From Octopus vulgaris (taxonomy: Eukaryota): a DNA stretch of 248,000 nucleotides. The translations under genes and the position numbers were made by a program. The stretch lies in NCBI GenBank assembly GCA_951406725.2, contig OX597814.1, positions 169,156,001-169,404,000 of the forward strand, read 5' to 3'. The notes beneath the pieces were generated by a model, which was not told where the DNA came from, did not search any database, and worked only from the letters and a program-made list of their open reading frames with translations. Below, one piece after another: positions 144,385 through 159,600 of the stretch (its first letter is position 1; each line of letters opens with the position of its first letter).

Positions 144385-146149
144385 GGTGGTGGTGGTGGTG
144401 GTGATGATGATGATGATGATGAGGAGGAGGATGAAGAGGAAGAGGAGGATGATGAAGAGGAAGGGGAGGATGAAGAGGAAGTGGAGGATGAAGAGGAAGA
144501 GGAGGAGGAGCATGAGGATGATGATGAGGATGATGAGGAGGTTGAAGATGAGGATGAGGAGGACAGGATATTGTGTTTCTTTTTTCCCTTTATGCAAGCT
144601 GTCAAATTTAACCCGGACATCTTGTGATGCTGGTCATGGTGGAAGCGAGCCCCGTTGGCAGAGACATTGTAAAGGTCGAGTGGACCCTTTCTTGTCTGCG
144701 AGAATGTGTACGGATATCAGAGTACATTTTGTTTTTGTGTTGTATATGTGTATGTATGTGTGTGTGTGTAACTGTCTTTATGATGTTGAGCACTACTCTG
144801 TGCATGTGTGTATGTGTGTGTGTATGTGTGTGTGTGCATGTGTGTATGTGTGTGCATGTGTTTGTGTGTGTGTGTGTGTATGTGTGTGTGCATGTGTGTT
144901 TGTGTGTGTGTGCGTGTGTTTGTGTGTGTGTGTGTTTGTGTGCGTGTGTGTGTGTGTGTGTGTGCGTGCACATGTGTGTGTATGTGTAATTCATGGTTGC
145001 ACACACTTTATAGTCTTGAGCAATCATGCGTGTGTTTTTGGGGGTGTGTCTTTGTGCCTTTGTTGTTGCTACTGTTGTAGTGTTTATTTATTTATTTATT
145101 TATTCCTTTTTGTGCTTATTTTTCTGTCAGTTGGGTTAAATATAAGCTTGCAGTGGCGGCAATAGATAAAAGTAGATGGATATGTATGGGTGTGAGTGGT
145201 GAATGTGTGTGCTTTGTTGTAGTTCGTCATTTATAGTTTATTCAATTGCGATGATGCCTTTGTCTGTGCATGTCTGTCTGTGTGTGTGTGTGTGTGTGTT
145301 TGGGGTGTGTTTGGTGTGTATGTGTCATGTAGGTGTGCATTTGGTGTGTGTGTGTGTTTGGTGTGTGTGTGTGTGTATGTATGTGTATTTGGAGTTTTGT
145401 GTGTGCTTGCTGTGTGTGTGTGTGTGTGTGTGCATGTGTGTATGTGTATTTGGAGTTTGGTGTGTGTGTGTGTTTGGTGTAGATGTGTGTTTGGTCTGTA
145501 TGTGTCATGATGTGTGTGTGTGGGTATGTTTGGTGTGAATATGTGTTTGGTGTATATGTGTGTGTGTGTGTGTGTGCGTGTGTTAGGTGTGTGTGTGTAT
145601 GTGTGTGAGGGTGTGTCTATTCATATCTACTAAGTTCTAGATATTTTTCACATACATATACATGTACCAATATACTCATACATTCACAGATACAAGTACA
145701 TATTGCAGCTCTACATGAGCACACACACACACACACATACACACACACACGCACACATACACACACCCGCTCGTGCGCGCACGCACACACACATACACAC
145801 ATACACATTTTCCCTCTGTCTCCTTATTTCTCATTTGATTGTTTTATTTGAAATGGGACTACAATGCGGCTAAATTGCTATCATTACAATATTGTTATTA
145901 CTATTATTTATCCCTGGGATTAGGGTTCATGCTGTTACCCCACTTGTTCTTTCCGCTGAATTCAGTGCCCTTTGTTATGCAGATGGATTCAGTAATTTAT
146001 CCGAGGGACAAAACCTGCAAGTGAATAAATCGCATTTTTTCTAACCTTGCTTACTGATTAAAATGAAAAAGGTTACTCCAAATTTTAATTAAGGTTATTT
146101 AAACTTGAAATATAGTGAAGAGCAGATCAGATCTTTAGAAGTATAGTGA

Positions 146150-146200
146150 CAACTCCAGACATGTTTCAGTCTTGTTAGACCTCATCAGCAAAGCGTTATC
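146150..146200 (-). ncRNA. Minimal hammerhead ribozyme motif
   Basis: CTGATGA-GGTC taacaa GACT-GAAAC-AT-GTC; stem I weak (wobble pairs). Confidence 0.5.
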
Positions 146201-148142
146201 TAACTATCACTGCAAACCTTAGATGGATAGAGAATGTATATGATTTCTGTGAATGAAAACGGGTACATTCATGGTTGTGTGGTCAAAAAGCCTGCTTCTC
146301 AGCTATGTAGCTTCGGGATGAATCCCATTGTGTGGAACCTGGGGCAAGTGTCTTCTACTTCATCTCCAGGCTGGATTTGGTAGACAGAAACTGAAAGAAG
146401 CCTGTAGTATATATGTATGTTTGTGTGCATGTTTATGTGTGTGTATGTGTGTGTGTGTGTGTGTGTGTGAGAAAGTTAGCATCTCCTTGCTTTGCATGAT
146501 GGTTGTAAATGTGTGTCACTGTTATACAACACTGACATTCATTTCCAATCTTCTTTTCTACTCTAGGCACAAGGCCAAAAATTTTTGGGGAGGAGGCCAG
146601 TCGATTAGATCGACCTCAGTACACAGCTGGTACTTAATTTATTGACCCCAAAAGTATGAAAGGCAAAGTCGACTTCGGCGGCATTTGAACTCATAACATA
146701 AAGACAGCTGAAATACTGATAAACATTTCACCCGGTGTGCTAACGTTTCTTATTTCTTTATTGTCCACAAGGGGCTGAACATAGAGGGGACAAACAAGGA
146801 CAGACAAAAGGATTAAGTCAATTAGATCGACCCCAGTGTGTAACTGGTACTTAATTTATCGACCCCGAAAGGATGAAAAGCAAAGTTGACCTCGGCGGAA
146901 TTTGAACTCAGAATGCAACAGCAGACGAAACACCACTAAGCATTTCGCCCGGCTTGCTAACGTTTCTGCCAGCTTGCCACCTATGCCATGGGGAAATATT
147001 ATCTTACTTGGAAACAGGTGAGGATTAATAAGAAGAGCATCTAGCTACAGAAAATCTGCCTCAACAAATTCCATCTGATCCATGCAGACATAGAAAAGTA
147101 GACATTAAAATCCCTTTACACAAAGCCTGAAACTTGTGCGGGAGGGCTGTCAATTTTATTGACCCCTAAAAGGATGAAAGGCAGAGTCAACCCTGGTAGG
147201 ATTTGAATTCAGAATGTAAGGATGGACGAAATGCCACTAAGCATTTTGCTTGGCATGCTAATGATTCTAACAGCTCGTCACCTTTAAAGTAGATGTTAAA
147301 ATAACGATGATGACAAAGACAATGATGATAATGAACAGAGAGGCATTAGAGATTTTAAAAGTAGCCAGAGCAAAAATACCCTGGGATGCCTATTGAAACC
147401 TCGGCAGCATAGTACAAGCATACTTGTAGCAAGCCAAGAAATTTTGATTAATTAGATATGAAATGCAGTGGAGAATGTGCGTGATCTTTAGCAGTAGATC
147501 ATCATCATCATCGTTTAACGTCCGTTTTCCATGCTAGTATGGGTTGGACGATTTTGAATGAGGGCTGGCACCAGATGGCTGCACCAGGCTCCAGTCTTGA
147601 TCTGGCAGAGTTTCTACAGCTGGATGCTCTTCCTGATGCCAACCACTCTGAGAATGTAGGGGGTGCTTTTTACATGCCACCGGCACGGGGGCCAGTCAGG
147701 CGGTACTGGCAATGACCTCGCTCGAATCTTTTTACACGTGCCAGTGAAGATATAGACTGATAATGGTGATACTGCAAATGAAATCAGATAAGCTATGAGT
147801 GATAAACTGCAATAAAGCTTGTAGACATGTGTCCACATCTACACTGTATCTACTGTTATGTACTGTCACCACTGGTAACTTAAATCTAACACAGTTGACA
147901 GGTCAATAAACAATAGCAGGGAACAACAAAAGCAACTGCAATGAAAAAAGCACCAGCAATGAAATTCACACTTAAACATGTATGTAGACACAGACGCAAA
148001 TATGCGTAAGAGCTGCATTGAAAAGATGCAATACCACTAAAATTACACGCACACACACATACACACACACACATGCACAATACAAACATAATAATCACAT
148101 ATTCACAAATACATACACATATTTGCACACGCAGTCTCTCAC

Positions 148143-148219
148143 CTCCCACCACCATCACTAGTAAGTACACAGAGACCAAACAGAGACTGAAATCAGTCAC
148201 GGAGAAGTCGTTATAAAGG
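148143..148219 (-). CDS. Candidate exon with hydrophobic (TM-like) end (xLYNDFSVTDFSLCLVSVYLLVMVVG)
   Basis: ttaatttatgtctgcag acceptor, GAG|gtgaga donor, single open frame. Confidence 0.33.
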
Positions 148220-148450
148220 CTGCAGACATAAATTAAAGACTTTGACAAATGAATCAATTAACAAAGATGTGATCTACAACAAATACATGTATTTTTATTG
148301 GCAGAATAATCCTCCTCAAACCTAACAATAACTGTTTCAACATAACGATTTAACATCACGAATCTTGTGACACAAAAAACGCAAAATGCGTAAAGTACAT
148401 GTATGCAAGTTTATAATATATATATACATATTTGAGCAAGCGTGTGCATG

Positions 148451-148512
<62 letters not shown>

Positions 148513-148694
148513 CATATTTAATAGATTCAGATGAATATGGTACTTAAGTTAAAGGCACCAGAATTTTGTATGGTATTATCCATATAATTCAAAATTGGGT
148601 GATTACAATCAAAATAAGCAACAAGGATATCCAGAGGTAATGCAGTACTGCATTATTGTACTGCATTACCTCTGGATATCCTTGTTGCTTATTT

Positions 148695-148744
<50 letters not shown>

Positions 148745-148746
<2 letters not shown>

Positions 148747-149426
148747 AAAGGGCTTAGTAAAATAAATTACTTTGCCACATACTGAACTCATTAGAAATAG
148801 TAGCTAAAAAAACTTTTTTAAAACTATTTCTAATACTTAAAGAAAATCTCTCTCATATAGTGTTTGCTCAACTCAACCCACGAAAGTATGGGGGTAAAGA
148901 CATTAAAAAATCAAATGCAAAGGTTATTTGAGAACGTACGTTTCTAGATTAGTCAACTCGACATTTCTATCATCAGCTCAGAACTCCTTGGTTTGGATTT
149001 GAAAACACTGAAAGTGGGAGCATACCCTTTCGGCTTCTTATCGCTTCTGAAGATCTGCTCGAAACTAACAGTGCCAGCAAACTCAAAGTTTGCTGGCACT
149101 GTTAGTTTCGAGCAGATCTTCAGAAGCGATAAGAAGCCGAAAGGGTATGCTCCCACTTTCAGTGTTTTCAAATCCAAACCAAGGAGTTCTGAGCTGATGA
149201 TAGAAATGTCGAGTTGACTAATCTAGAAACGTACGTTCTCAAATAACCTTTGCATTTGATTTTTTAATGTCTTTACCCACATACTTTCGTGGGTTGAGTT
149301 GAGCAAACACTATATGAGAGAGATTTTTAAGTATTAGAAATAGTTTTAAAAAGTTTTTTTAGCTACTATTTCTAATGAGTTCAGTATGTGGCAAAGTAAT
149401 TTATTTTACTAAGCCCTTTTATATAA
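148745..149426. mobile_element. Near-perfect palindromic Penelope-like element (~340-bp arms, 3-nt loop)
   Basis: Centre gccagcaaact-caa-agtttgctggc at 149084-149086; mirror ORFs 148953-149177 and 148993-149217. Confidence 0.9.
149190..149241 (+). ncRNA. Type I hammerhead ribozyme motif (mirror at 148930-148981, minus)
   Basis: TGAG-CTGATGA-TAG...CTA-GAAAC-GTAC-GTT-CTCA. Confidence 0.75.
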
Positions 149427-149520
149427 TGTAATAATTTGAATTTGCCTTAAATGGTCCCTTTGCATACTGAATACTTGGTGAAATTGATTAATAATTAATT
149501 AATTTTACCCTCAATTGTTG

Positions 149521-149557
<37 letters not shown>

Positions 149558-149574
149558 TGTATATATACATATAT

Positions 149575-151330
149575 TAATAGTAATGGTAAGACAACAAAAG
149601 AATGAAAGAGATTTCGATATTATGTAAATAGAGGAATTTATCTGTAATATAATATGTGACAATTATTCGGTTGCCATAACAAAACTCTGAGTTTCAGATG
149701 TTGGAGTAGAAACCTGCTCCAGCATCTTTTCAGTTATCAAGGCAATCAAAATATGCTATGAAAATGACCATTAAACAAAGTGAAATTACTATGTAACTGA
149801 CCGTTATTACAACAAAAGAGCTATTAGAATGATCGTTAAATAAGGGAAAAAAGCGAAGGGGAGGAAGTAAAAAGTAAAGGAGTAAAAAAGCTCATAGCAT
149901 TCGTATATGTGTGCATGTACATACATACACAGGCATGCACGCACACCCATGTGCATGTGCCTATATGCATATGCACACTCACATGAAACACACATATGCC
150001 AATAGATGCACATATATATGCAACCATGCATGTACACATATATATCCACACACACGTGCTCACATACATGTGCACATACCCATATGCATACAGTTATATT
150101 CAAATACACATCTAAAAATATGCAGATGCTATATGCCCACTCACACCCTTGTGGAACACATGCATGTACACCTACATATATATGCAACCATACACATGTA
150201 CATATACACGCACATATATACATACTCACACACACAAACATGCACGATGTACACATATGTATATCCACACACACATGCACATGCACACACATGTGCACAT
150301 ACCCATACATGCACAGTTATATTTAAATGCATGTCTAAAATACGTGCATGCTATATATGCATATGCTCACTCACACTCATGTGGAACACTCACATGTATA
150401 CCCACATATATATATGCAACCATACACATATACATATATACATACCCGCACACATGCATACACACACGTGCACACAAAAAAGTTCATATACATGTCTTTA
150501 TATGCACATGCGCAAGAAAAATGCAGAGTGAAAGGTAAAATACAGAAAAATGTGTAAAAATATATGAAGCAATAAAAATATAAAAATATATCTCTATAAA
150601 TATGTAAAAAATGTATAAAAAATATGTACAAAATATGTGTAGGTATGTACACGTGTGTGTGTGTGTGCATCTGTGTGTGCAGATATACATATGTGTACAT
150701 CATGCATGTGTGTGTGTGTGCAGATATGTATATATGTACATGTGTACAGTTGCATATATATATGTGGGTGTACATGCATGTGTTCCACGCAAGTGTGAGT
150801 GAGGATATCGCATGTGCGTGTTTTTAGAACTGTATTTGAATATATCTGTGTGCATATGGGTATGTGCACGTGTGTGTGTGTGCGTGCCTGTGTGTGGATA
150901 TGTATATGTGTACATGCATGGTTGCATATATATGTACATCTGTTGGTGTATGTGTGCATGCGCATGTCTGTGTTTCATGTGAGTGTGAGTGAGCATATGC
151001 ATATAGGTACATGTATGTGGGTGTGTGTGCGTGCCTGTGTATGTATGTACATGCATGCATGCATGATTGCTACGAGCATTTTTATTCCTTTACTTTTTTT
151101 ACTTTCTCCCCTTCGGTTTTCCCCTTATTTAACGGTCATTCTAATAGCTCTTTTGTCTTCATAACGGTCAGTTACATAGTAATTTCTCTTTGTTTGATGG
151201 TCATTTTCATAGCATATTTTGATTGCCTTGATAACTGAAGAGATGTCTGAGCAGGTTTCCGCCCTGAGATCCGAAACTCAGAGTTTTATTATGGCAACCT
151301 AATAATTGTCACATATTATATTACAGATAT
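149575..151330. mobile_element. Large imperfect fold-back element with (CA/TG)-rich interior and hammerhead motifs in both arms
   Basis: 149580-150330 is the reverse complement of 150700-151330; HHR GATAA-CTGAAGA-GAT...ATCC-GAAAC-TCAGA-GTT-TTATT at 151230-151290. Confidence 0.7.
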
Positions 151331-151946
151331 ATAAATATATATATATATATATATATGCACATACACACACACGTACAAGGGGGGGCTGAAAAGTTCTTGC
151401 TTTTGCATAAAAGAAAATACAGGAGGGTTAGTTAATTACGATTTTATCCAACAGATTCTCCTCTCAGATTCACACACTTATTGCAGTGGTCCTTCAGTTT
151501 TTCTAAGCCCTGTTAAAATACTCGGAAGGTTGGGCCTTCAGCCAGGCCTTTCGTGACACCCTTAAAGCCAAGAACTTTTCGGCACCCACACATATATAGG
151601 GCGACCCAAAAGCAGGTTTACAGTTATCACGTAAGCACTTTAAATTTCTTTCAAAACATTTTATTACATTTAAATTTCTATCTTACAAACTGCAAAGGGA
151701 GCTTGACAAAATAAACTAAATTAGCATAGAATAATGGTTTCATGTTTTTAATATAATTAAGATCTAAACTGTTAATATATGAATGTGAAATAGATAGTCG
151801 AATAACCGTAAACCTACTTTTGGGCCACCCTGTATACAAATAGAGGGAAAGGGAAGGATACTTAATACATAGTGTTCATATGTACAAAGACATCTGAATG
151901 ATTGTATTCATGCATGTGTGAAACTGAGTGATGAATGAGAAAATCA

Positions 151947-152013
<67 letters not shown>

Positions 152014-152278
152014 GTAATTTATGGGAGAAAAATTTTTCAGCTCAAACTCCCTGTGTATATTGGTTACTCATTTTTGCAGTCAGTCAATATAAAAGGCAAA
152101 CATCATCATCATCATCATCATCATCATCATACCATTGATTGTTCACCAATGCATCAAGCTATTCCTGAAATAATGAGACATAAAAAAAATCATTAAATTT
152201 AGTATGAACATCCTGTATATATATATTCTGCTACAATAATAGCAATAAGTATGAACAACCTGTATATATATATATATG

Positions 152279-152660
152279 TGGAGGCGCAATGGCCCAGTGG
152301 TTAGGGCAGAGGACTCGCGGTCATAGGATCGCGGTTTCGATTCCCAGACCGGGCGTTGTGAGTGTTTATTGAGCGAAAACACCTAAAGCTTCACGAGGCT
152401 CCGGCAGGGGATGGTGGTGATCCCTGCTGTACTCTTTCACCACAACTTTCTCTCACTCTTACTTCCCGTTTCTGTTGTACCTGAATTTCAAGGGGCCGGC
152501 CTTGTCACTCTCTGTGTCACGGTGAATATCCCCGGGAACTACATTAAGGGTGCACGTGTCTGTGGAGTGCTCAGCCACTTGCACGTTAATTTCACAAGCA
152601 GGCTGTTCCGTTGATTCGGACCAACCGGAACCCTCATCGTCGTAACCGACGGAGTGCTTC
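152279..152660 (+). mobile_element. tRNA-derived SINE family C, near full length
   Basis: A-box tggcccagtggttagg, B-box ggtttcgattccc; related copies at 39570, 85865, 93690, 113490, 156060 and 228090. Confidence 0.85.
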
Positions 152661-152686
152661 CAAAAAAAAAAAATATATATATACAC

Positions 152687-152733
<47 letters not shown>

Positions 152734-152778
152734 CTTTATAATTAGGGTTCAGCAAAGATTTGCTTTAATAATACTTTA

Positions 152779-152827
<49 letters not shown>

Positions 152828-154400
152828 ATAATAATATGAGGGAATATTATTCCAAACTTACATATATATTCTACCAAATATATACGTTTTATTTACTATT
152901 TTGCACATTACTTAATCATTGTTATATGTTTTATCTTATATTTAATCTTTCTATTATATGTAATTTTTCTAAATGGCATAATTTAATTTTTCATTATTGA
153001 ATTGATAAAAGGTGCTTTTTCTCAAATTTTTATATATATATATTTGTGTGTCTGTGTTTGTCCCCCTCACCGTCACTTGATAACCGATGTTGGTGTGTTT
153101 ACATCCCAGTAACTTAGTGGTTTGGCAAAAGAGGCTGATAAAATAGGTACTAGGCTTACAAAGGATAAGTCCTGGGGTCGATTTCTTTGGCTAAAGGCAA
153201 TGCTCCAGCATGGCTGCAGTCAGATGGCTGAAATGAATAAATAAAAGAATATATAAAAGTGTCTGTGCAATGCCATGTAAAAGCACCTGTGCTGTGCCAC
153301 ATTAAAGCGCCCATACAGTCCCACATGAAAGCATTCATGTAGTGCCATGTGGAAGCACCCAGCACACTCTGTAAAGTTGTTGGCATTAGGAAGGGCATCA
153401 AGCTGTAGAAACCATATTAAATCAGAATAGAGTTTGGTGCAGCTCCCTAGCTTGCCAGCTCAGGTCAAACCATCTAATCCTTGCCAGCATTGAGAATAGA
153501 CGTTAAATGGTGATGATGTACTGTACTATTTCTTAGACTAGTATCCAGGAACTAAGACAAATATTAGTGAACTTTTGTAGTAACTGGAGAAGCAAAAGCC
153601 TAACAGAAAACTCTTTTAGAGTTTAACAGCAGGGTATATCAATATAAAAATTCTCTCAGATAATGTAACAACGAAAATATTAACAACAACAACAAAAGAA
153701 TAACATGTGAGTCTACAGTCATCACATTTTCTGTTCTGGACAGAGTCATGATTCAAAACTGTGTAATTTGTTTTGAATATAATGTCATAAAACACACAAC
153801 TTCATACTGATCTGGTAATAAACAGATTTATTCTTATTTCTTTATTGCCCACAAGGGGCTAAGCATAGAGGGGACAAACACGGACAGACAAACGGATTTA
153901 GTCGATTATAACAACCCCCAGTGCATAACTGGTACTTAATTTATCGACCCTAAAAGGATGAAAGGCTAAGTCAACCTTGGCGGTATTTGAACTCAGAACG
154001 TAATGGCAAGTGAAATACCTATTTCTTTACTACCCACAAGGGGCTAAACACAGAGGGGACAAACAAGGACAGACAAACTGATTAAGTCGATTATATCGAC
154101 CCCCAGGGCATAACTGGTACTTGATTTATCGACCCCAAAAGGATGAAAGGCAAGGTCAACCTCAGCGGAATTTGAACTCAGAACGTAATGGCAGGCGAAA
154201 TACTGCTAAGCATTTCATGCAGGGTGCTAACATTTCTGCCAGCTCACAGATTTATTCTTGTCAGGCAGATACATTAGGAAATGCATTATCCATTTTTGTG
154301 GCAACAGATGCAGCACTATTGACGACATGCGTTGTGTGACATGCCATCATCTTTCTTATGTTTCTCTAACTACTGTGAAAGTCCATTGACGATTGCTCAC

Positions 154401-154478
154401 TGTCTCCAAATCCCTGAAATTCTGTATGAAACTAATGTCATGAAATTGAACGGTATTAAGTTTATAAATACCCATTAC
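154401..154478 (-). CDS. Candidate exon (VMGIYKLNTVQFHDISFIQNFRDLET)
   Basis: atatatttctctcag acceptor, gtgagc donor, 78 nt, single open frame. Confidence 0.33.
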
Positions 154479-156581
154479 CTGAGAGAAATATATCTCATGG
154501 TACAATTAAATAAAGGATACAGTTGACCAATGAGAAGCTATTCAATTGAATCTCATTTGTACCATCATTGAGAAGAAACTGACATTAAGCTTCAAACTGC
154601 TGCTGATGAGTGAGGATGGTATTTCACAAGAGCATACTTCATTTTCTCTAACTTAATCGGATAATCATTTAAGATAGACACTGAAATTACAAGCACAATG
154701 TTAAGTGTACATTACACCTATGGATCAATGGATACCCTTTTGAAACTAACATGTGTATTTGAAATAGCTGGAGAACTTTCACAAAGAAAACCTCTGTACT
154801 TTCTTCTCCTCATTAATTAGTATAATCTCTCTCTATATAAAGCTGAAGTTGTCTGAGTATGGCAGGTTTGGTAGCCTTCAACTAACACTATCTCCTCTGA
154901 GGCTCTGCGGCGCAAGTTGACCAAAATTGAGAGTATGATAGAAGAAGGCTTGCTCTTCCTTCCGTAGAAGAAAAAAATTCAAATCGGGCCATGTTAACAC
155001 CAAAAATTATTTACATTGAAAAGGTGCTTTTTACGATGTTTTGACTGCTGTGTTGCCATTTTTCGGTGTATTTCAACCAGAAAAATGTTCACTTAAAGAG
155101 AATAACAAGCTACATAATGCAAAATTTTTACTTTTTAAAAATTCCAATTCGAAAGGGTTGAAACAAACCCGAGCAACGCCGGGCGATACTGCTAGTAATT
155201 TGATAAACTTTGAAGTTATTCTCAAGAAAGGTCCAATTAAAAAAGTTACCTCTTTCCATAACCACAGCCAGATTAAGACCTATAGAGGCTCTAAGCACTT
155301 AAAAGATTTTGGTGTGCCCATACATATGTAATTCAAAATATAAACAATAATAAACCATAAATTTTTATTTTCTCAAAATGAAACAAAAGTAACAATAAGA
155401 TGGAAAATGATGTTTATTTTTGTTCACTTCCACTTTATTTATATTTGAAAAGTTTTCTCCTAACTTTTTTCTTTTTAATTTGCAAAGTCTTTGATTAGAT
155501 CCTCACTATGATGCCATGACCACTTTGGAATTATATTTCCAATCATATAAACCACTTTGAATGCTGTTGCATCAACCTTTTACTTCTTTTTATATCCCTT
155601 ATATTTTTTTGTGCATAACTATTGGTTTATTTTTATGAAATAGATATTGCAAGTAGCAATTATTGTCTTATTACAATCTCCTATTTTTGAATGACTATTT
155701 CGCTTATCATTTATATCTCATCTATTTTCATACAAGCAATTTTTCTTTAAAGATTGTATTTGCAATCAGCCCTAAGCTTGTCTCTGAAAGGGAGCTCAGT
155801 GATGACATGCAACAAATGGTTAACAAATTATGTTTAACTTGCAACTGACTAGGAGTTATTAATATAGCAGTGGCCATGATATTTGAGACAGCGGTCAAGA
155901 AAAAAAAGGCAAAATCAAGGTAAGTCCCCGTCAAGAAAATAGGTCTTTGTAAAGAAATGACAGCTGATAAGTCAGATAAAGATAGGAATATCAGTATGTC
156001 GATGGCAATTAGAAAAATTAGGGAGTTAGCAGATAAGTTAAAAATAATTTTTTATTATTTATGCACCCTTTTCAAGCCTAGTCAGGCTCATGGGCCCAGT
156101 TTTCTGGTTTCTATGGCATATGTGCTCCCCCCAGCTCGAAGGGACACCAGTCCATCGTAGTGTTACTCAAAAAAAACAGGAAGAAAGAGTAAAAGAATGT
156201 TGGGGTGAAAGAGTACAACAGGGGTCGCCACCACCCCCTGCCAGAGCCTTGTGGAGCTTTAGGTGTTTTCGCTCAATAAACACACACAATGCCTGGCCTA
156301 GGAATCAAAACTACGATCCTCAGACTGCGAGTCCACTGCCCTAACCACTGGGCCATTGTGTCTCCACAATTACTGAAAAATTAGGTGTTGAAATGAAAGT
156401 AGAAGAAATCCTAAATCAAAGGCTTGAAAGGGAAAATATATGAGAATAATTGGCAGCAGCATGGCTATGAGGCTATCTCTTCTTAACTATGTGGTTTTAG
156501 ATTCAATCTCATTGCATGGCACCTTGGCCAAGTATCTTCTAACATAACCCTGGCTGACCAAATATATATATATATATATAT

Positions 156582-156626
<45 letters not shown>

Positions 156627-159600
156627 TATACACATCTCTCTCACTCTCTCTCTGAACATCAAATCATTGTTGGAAAGAAGTTTTACTTCTCTCAGAGCAG
156701 GCTATTATGTTCTTCATCAGTTAACCAATTATTGTTTTGTTGTCCAAGCCCTGGTTGTCTCATAGTCCAATCAGACCTCAGAATTAGTCTTTGGTTTGAG
156801 ATCCAAACTCTCAGTTGGTCCTAATGACATTTAGGACCAACAGGCTGTGCTATATTCTGATCACACACAATATAGGACTTAAGACTGCAGCCACAGTTCA
156901 CAATAGCTGGCATAATTCAGTCACAAAATTCCGAGTCAAAACTGAAGATCTGAGCCTGAAATAATCCTTATTTCAGGTTCTGGACTCAGTAAAATATATC
157001 CACTGAATGTTTTTTCAGTTTGCTGCCACATTCACATCAATCTTATAGCAAGATGCTTGATGCAAATTGTAGAATTTTAGCCAGACCTCTTTTAGTTATA
157101 AATGAGCCTTGAATCTCAAGCAAAGGCTGAAACCAGGTTTAAATACCAAACTTTTGTCCATAACTTTTTACAGTTGGTTACCAGTTTGCCCTATTATTTC
157201 CTTTTTGTATTTGTATTTCATTTTGTAACTCTCATGTTCTTAATTGTTCTTAACATTGTGGAGGCACAATGGCCCGATGGTTAGAGCAGCGGACTCGCCG
157301 TCAGAGGATTGCGGTTTCGATTCCCAGACCGGGCGTTGTGTGTGTTTATTGAACGGAAACACCTAAAGCACCTTCTTCTTTTGTCACAGTTCAAGCGTTC
157401 TTTCTTGATGAATAACTGGAATTTCATGAATTCTTTTCACTGGAATCAGTTTGTACCCATGATCTAAAAACTGGGAATTGCTACTCTTTTTCTCTTTTAC
157501 TTGTTTCAGTCATTTGACTGTGGCCATGCTGGAGCACCGCCTTTAGTTGAGCAAATCGACCCCAGGACTTATTCTTTGTAAGCCTAGTACTTATTCTATC
157601 GGTCTCTTTTACCGAACCGCTAAGTGATGGGGACATAAACACACCAGCATCGGTTGTTAAGCAATGCTAGGGGGACAAACACAGACACACAAACATACAT
157701 ACACACACACACACACATATATATACATATATACGATGGACTTCTTTCAGTTTCCGTCTATCAAATCCACTCACAAGGCTTTGGTCAGCCCAAGGTTATA
157801 GTAGAAGACACTTGCCCAAGATGCCATGCAGTGGGACTGAACCCAGAGCCATGTGGTTGGTAAGCAGACTACTTACCACACAGCCACTCCTGCACCTGTT
157901 GCATATTTCTAACTATTCAAAAGGCACAGATATGGATACAAAAGCTGTTCTAGTATCACATTTAAATCCAGTTAACTCTCCATTCACTTTCAATTGAATT
158001 TTAATAGACTTGTCTTTAATTTCATTTGCTGTTTGTAATGTAATATTTCTCAAAACTGGATGTTTTATCAGTCATCTTTTACTTACTTCAGTCATTGGAT
158101 TGCAGTCATACTGGGATCCACCTTGATGGGTTTAGTTGAATAAATCATTTCCATTCTGTATATTTAAGGTGAGAGGCACAAGCACTTACACTGCCTGACT
158201 GGCCCTCGTGCCAGTGGCATGTAAAAGCACCCACTACACTCTTGGAGTGGTTGGCGTTAGGAAGGGCATCCAGCTGTAGAAACTGTGCCAGATCAGATTG
158301 GAGTCTGGTGCAGCCATCTGGTTCACCAGACCTCAGTCAAATCGTCCAACATTTCAACATCATGGAAAACGGACGTTAAACGATGATGATGATGCTGATG
158401 ATGATGTACACCCATGATGGAAACTTCTGCCTACCAAATCCAATCACAAGGTTTCAGTCAGCCCAAAACTATAGCAGAAGACACTTGCCTAAGTGGGACT
158501 GAACCCCAAACCATGTGGCTGGGAAGCAAGCTTCCTAAACACACAGCCATACCCATACCAGCATAGAAAATGAACATTAAATGACGATGATGATGATTTT
158601 TAAGTTTGGTATTTATCCTATCATAATCTTTTGCTGAACTGCTAAGTTACTGGTACATAACCAACAATGTGATGGGGGTGGGGGTGGAAACAAACTCAAA
158701 GCCACACACACACATTTTTATGAAGAGCTTCCATCTACCAAGTTCACTCACAAAGCATTGGTCAGCCCAAGACTAAAGCAGAAGACACATGCTCAAGGTT
158801 CCATAATGGAGGACTTAAATTCAAAACTACAAGTTTGCAAAGTGAGCTTCTTAACCATGCAGCCATACCTGCACCTGTTTGCTTAATTTTTCTTTTCAAA
158901 TTCTATTTATTATTTTTCTGTTATTATTCATCCTTATTTTGATTTAATCTGAATCAGAATTCTTTCAAAAATGATCTTTCTTATGGCTACAATTACATTC
159001 TACACATTTTCCCCCTTGTTCAATATTTCATTCTTCCTCTATTCTCATGGCCAAAATTTTCAGACTCAGGCTTTCCTTTTAATAAATTTGAAGAACTTTC
159101 AATAGCTGTATTTATTGGTATTAGAATTTTCAATGTTTTTCTAGTGTAGAGTCTTGTTTCTCTCAAAATTATTTACCACACATTTTTCGTATATGTGTCC
159201 ATAATCAATCTGTCTCTTACAGAATTTGTAAAGTCTACCAATTTCTGAATTTTATTTTTCTGCAACAAATTGGTACTACTCATTCCACTCATTTGATAGA
159301 AACTGAAACAAATTTTATATTTCAACATCACAAGAATTCTCTTCCTCAAAATGTGTTACCAATTTTTGTATGACTTCGAAAAATTTACATTTTGCATCAT
159401 CAAAGCATTAGCCAATTTAAACGTTTTTACCACCAGTTCCAGTGATAAAATATTTCAATTTTACATCTTCATTGGTAAATCTGTTTTTAGATCAAAATAA
159501 GTCTCCATTCTGATCACAAAAATCTTTTTATTTCAGAATGTTGGAAACTTTTTTTTTTTCTATGAAATAACCTGAACTTATCTAGATATTTCTTCAGCCA

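Noticed and set aside
152279-152350. SINE heads as tRNA genes (all families)
   Set aside because: A and B boxes are present, but acceptor stems are not closed and the heads run into SINE bodies.
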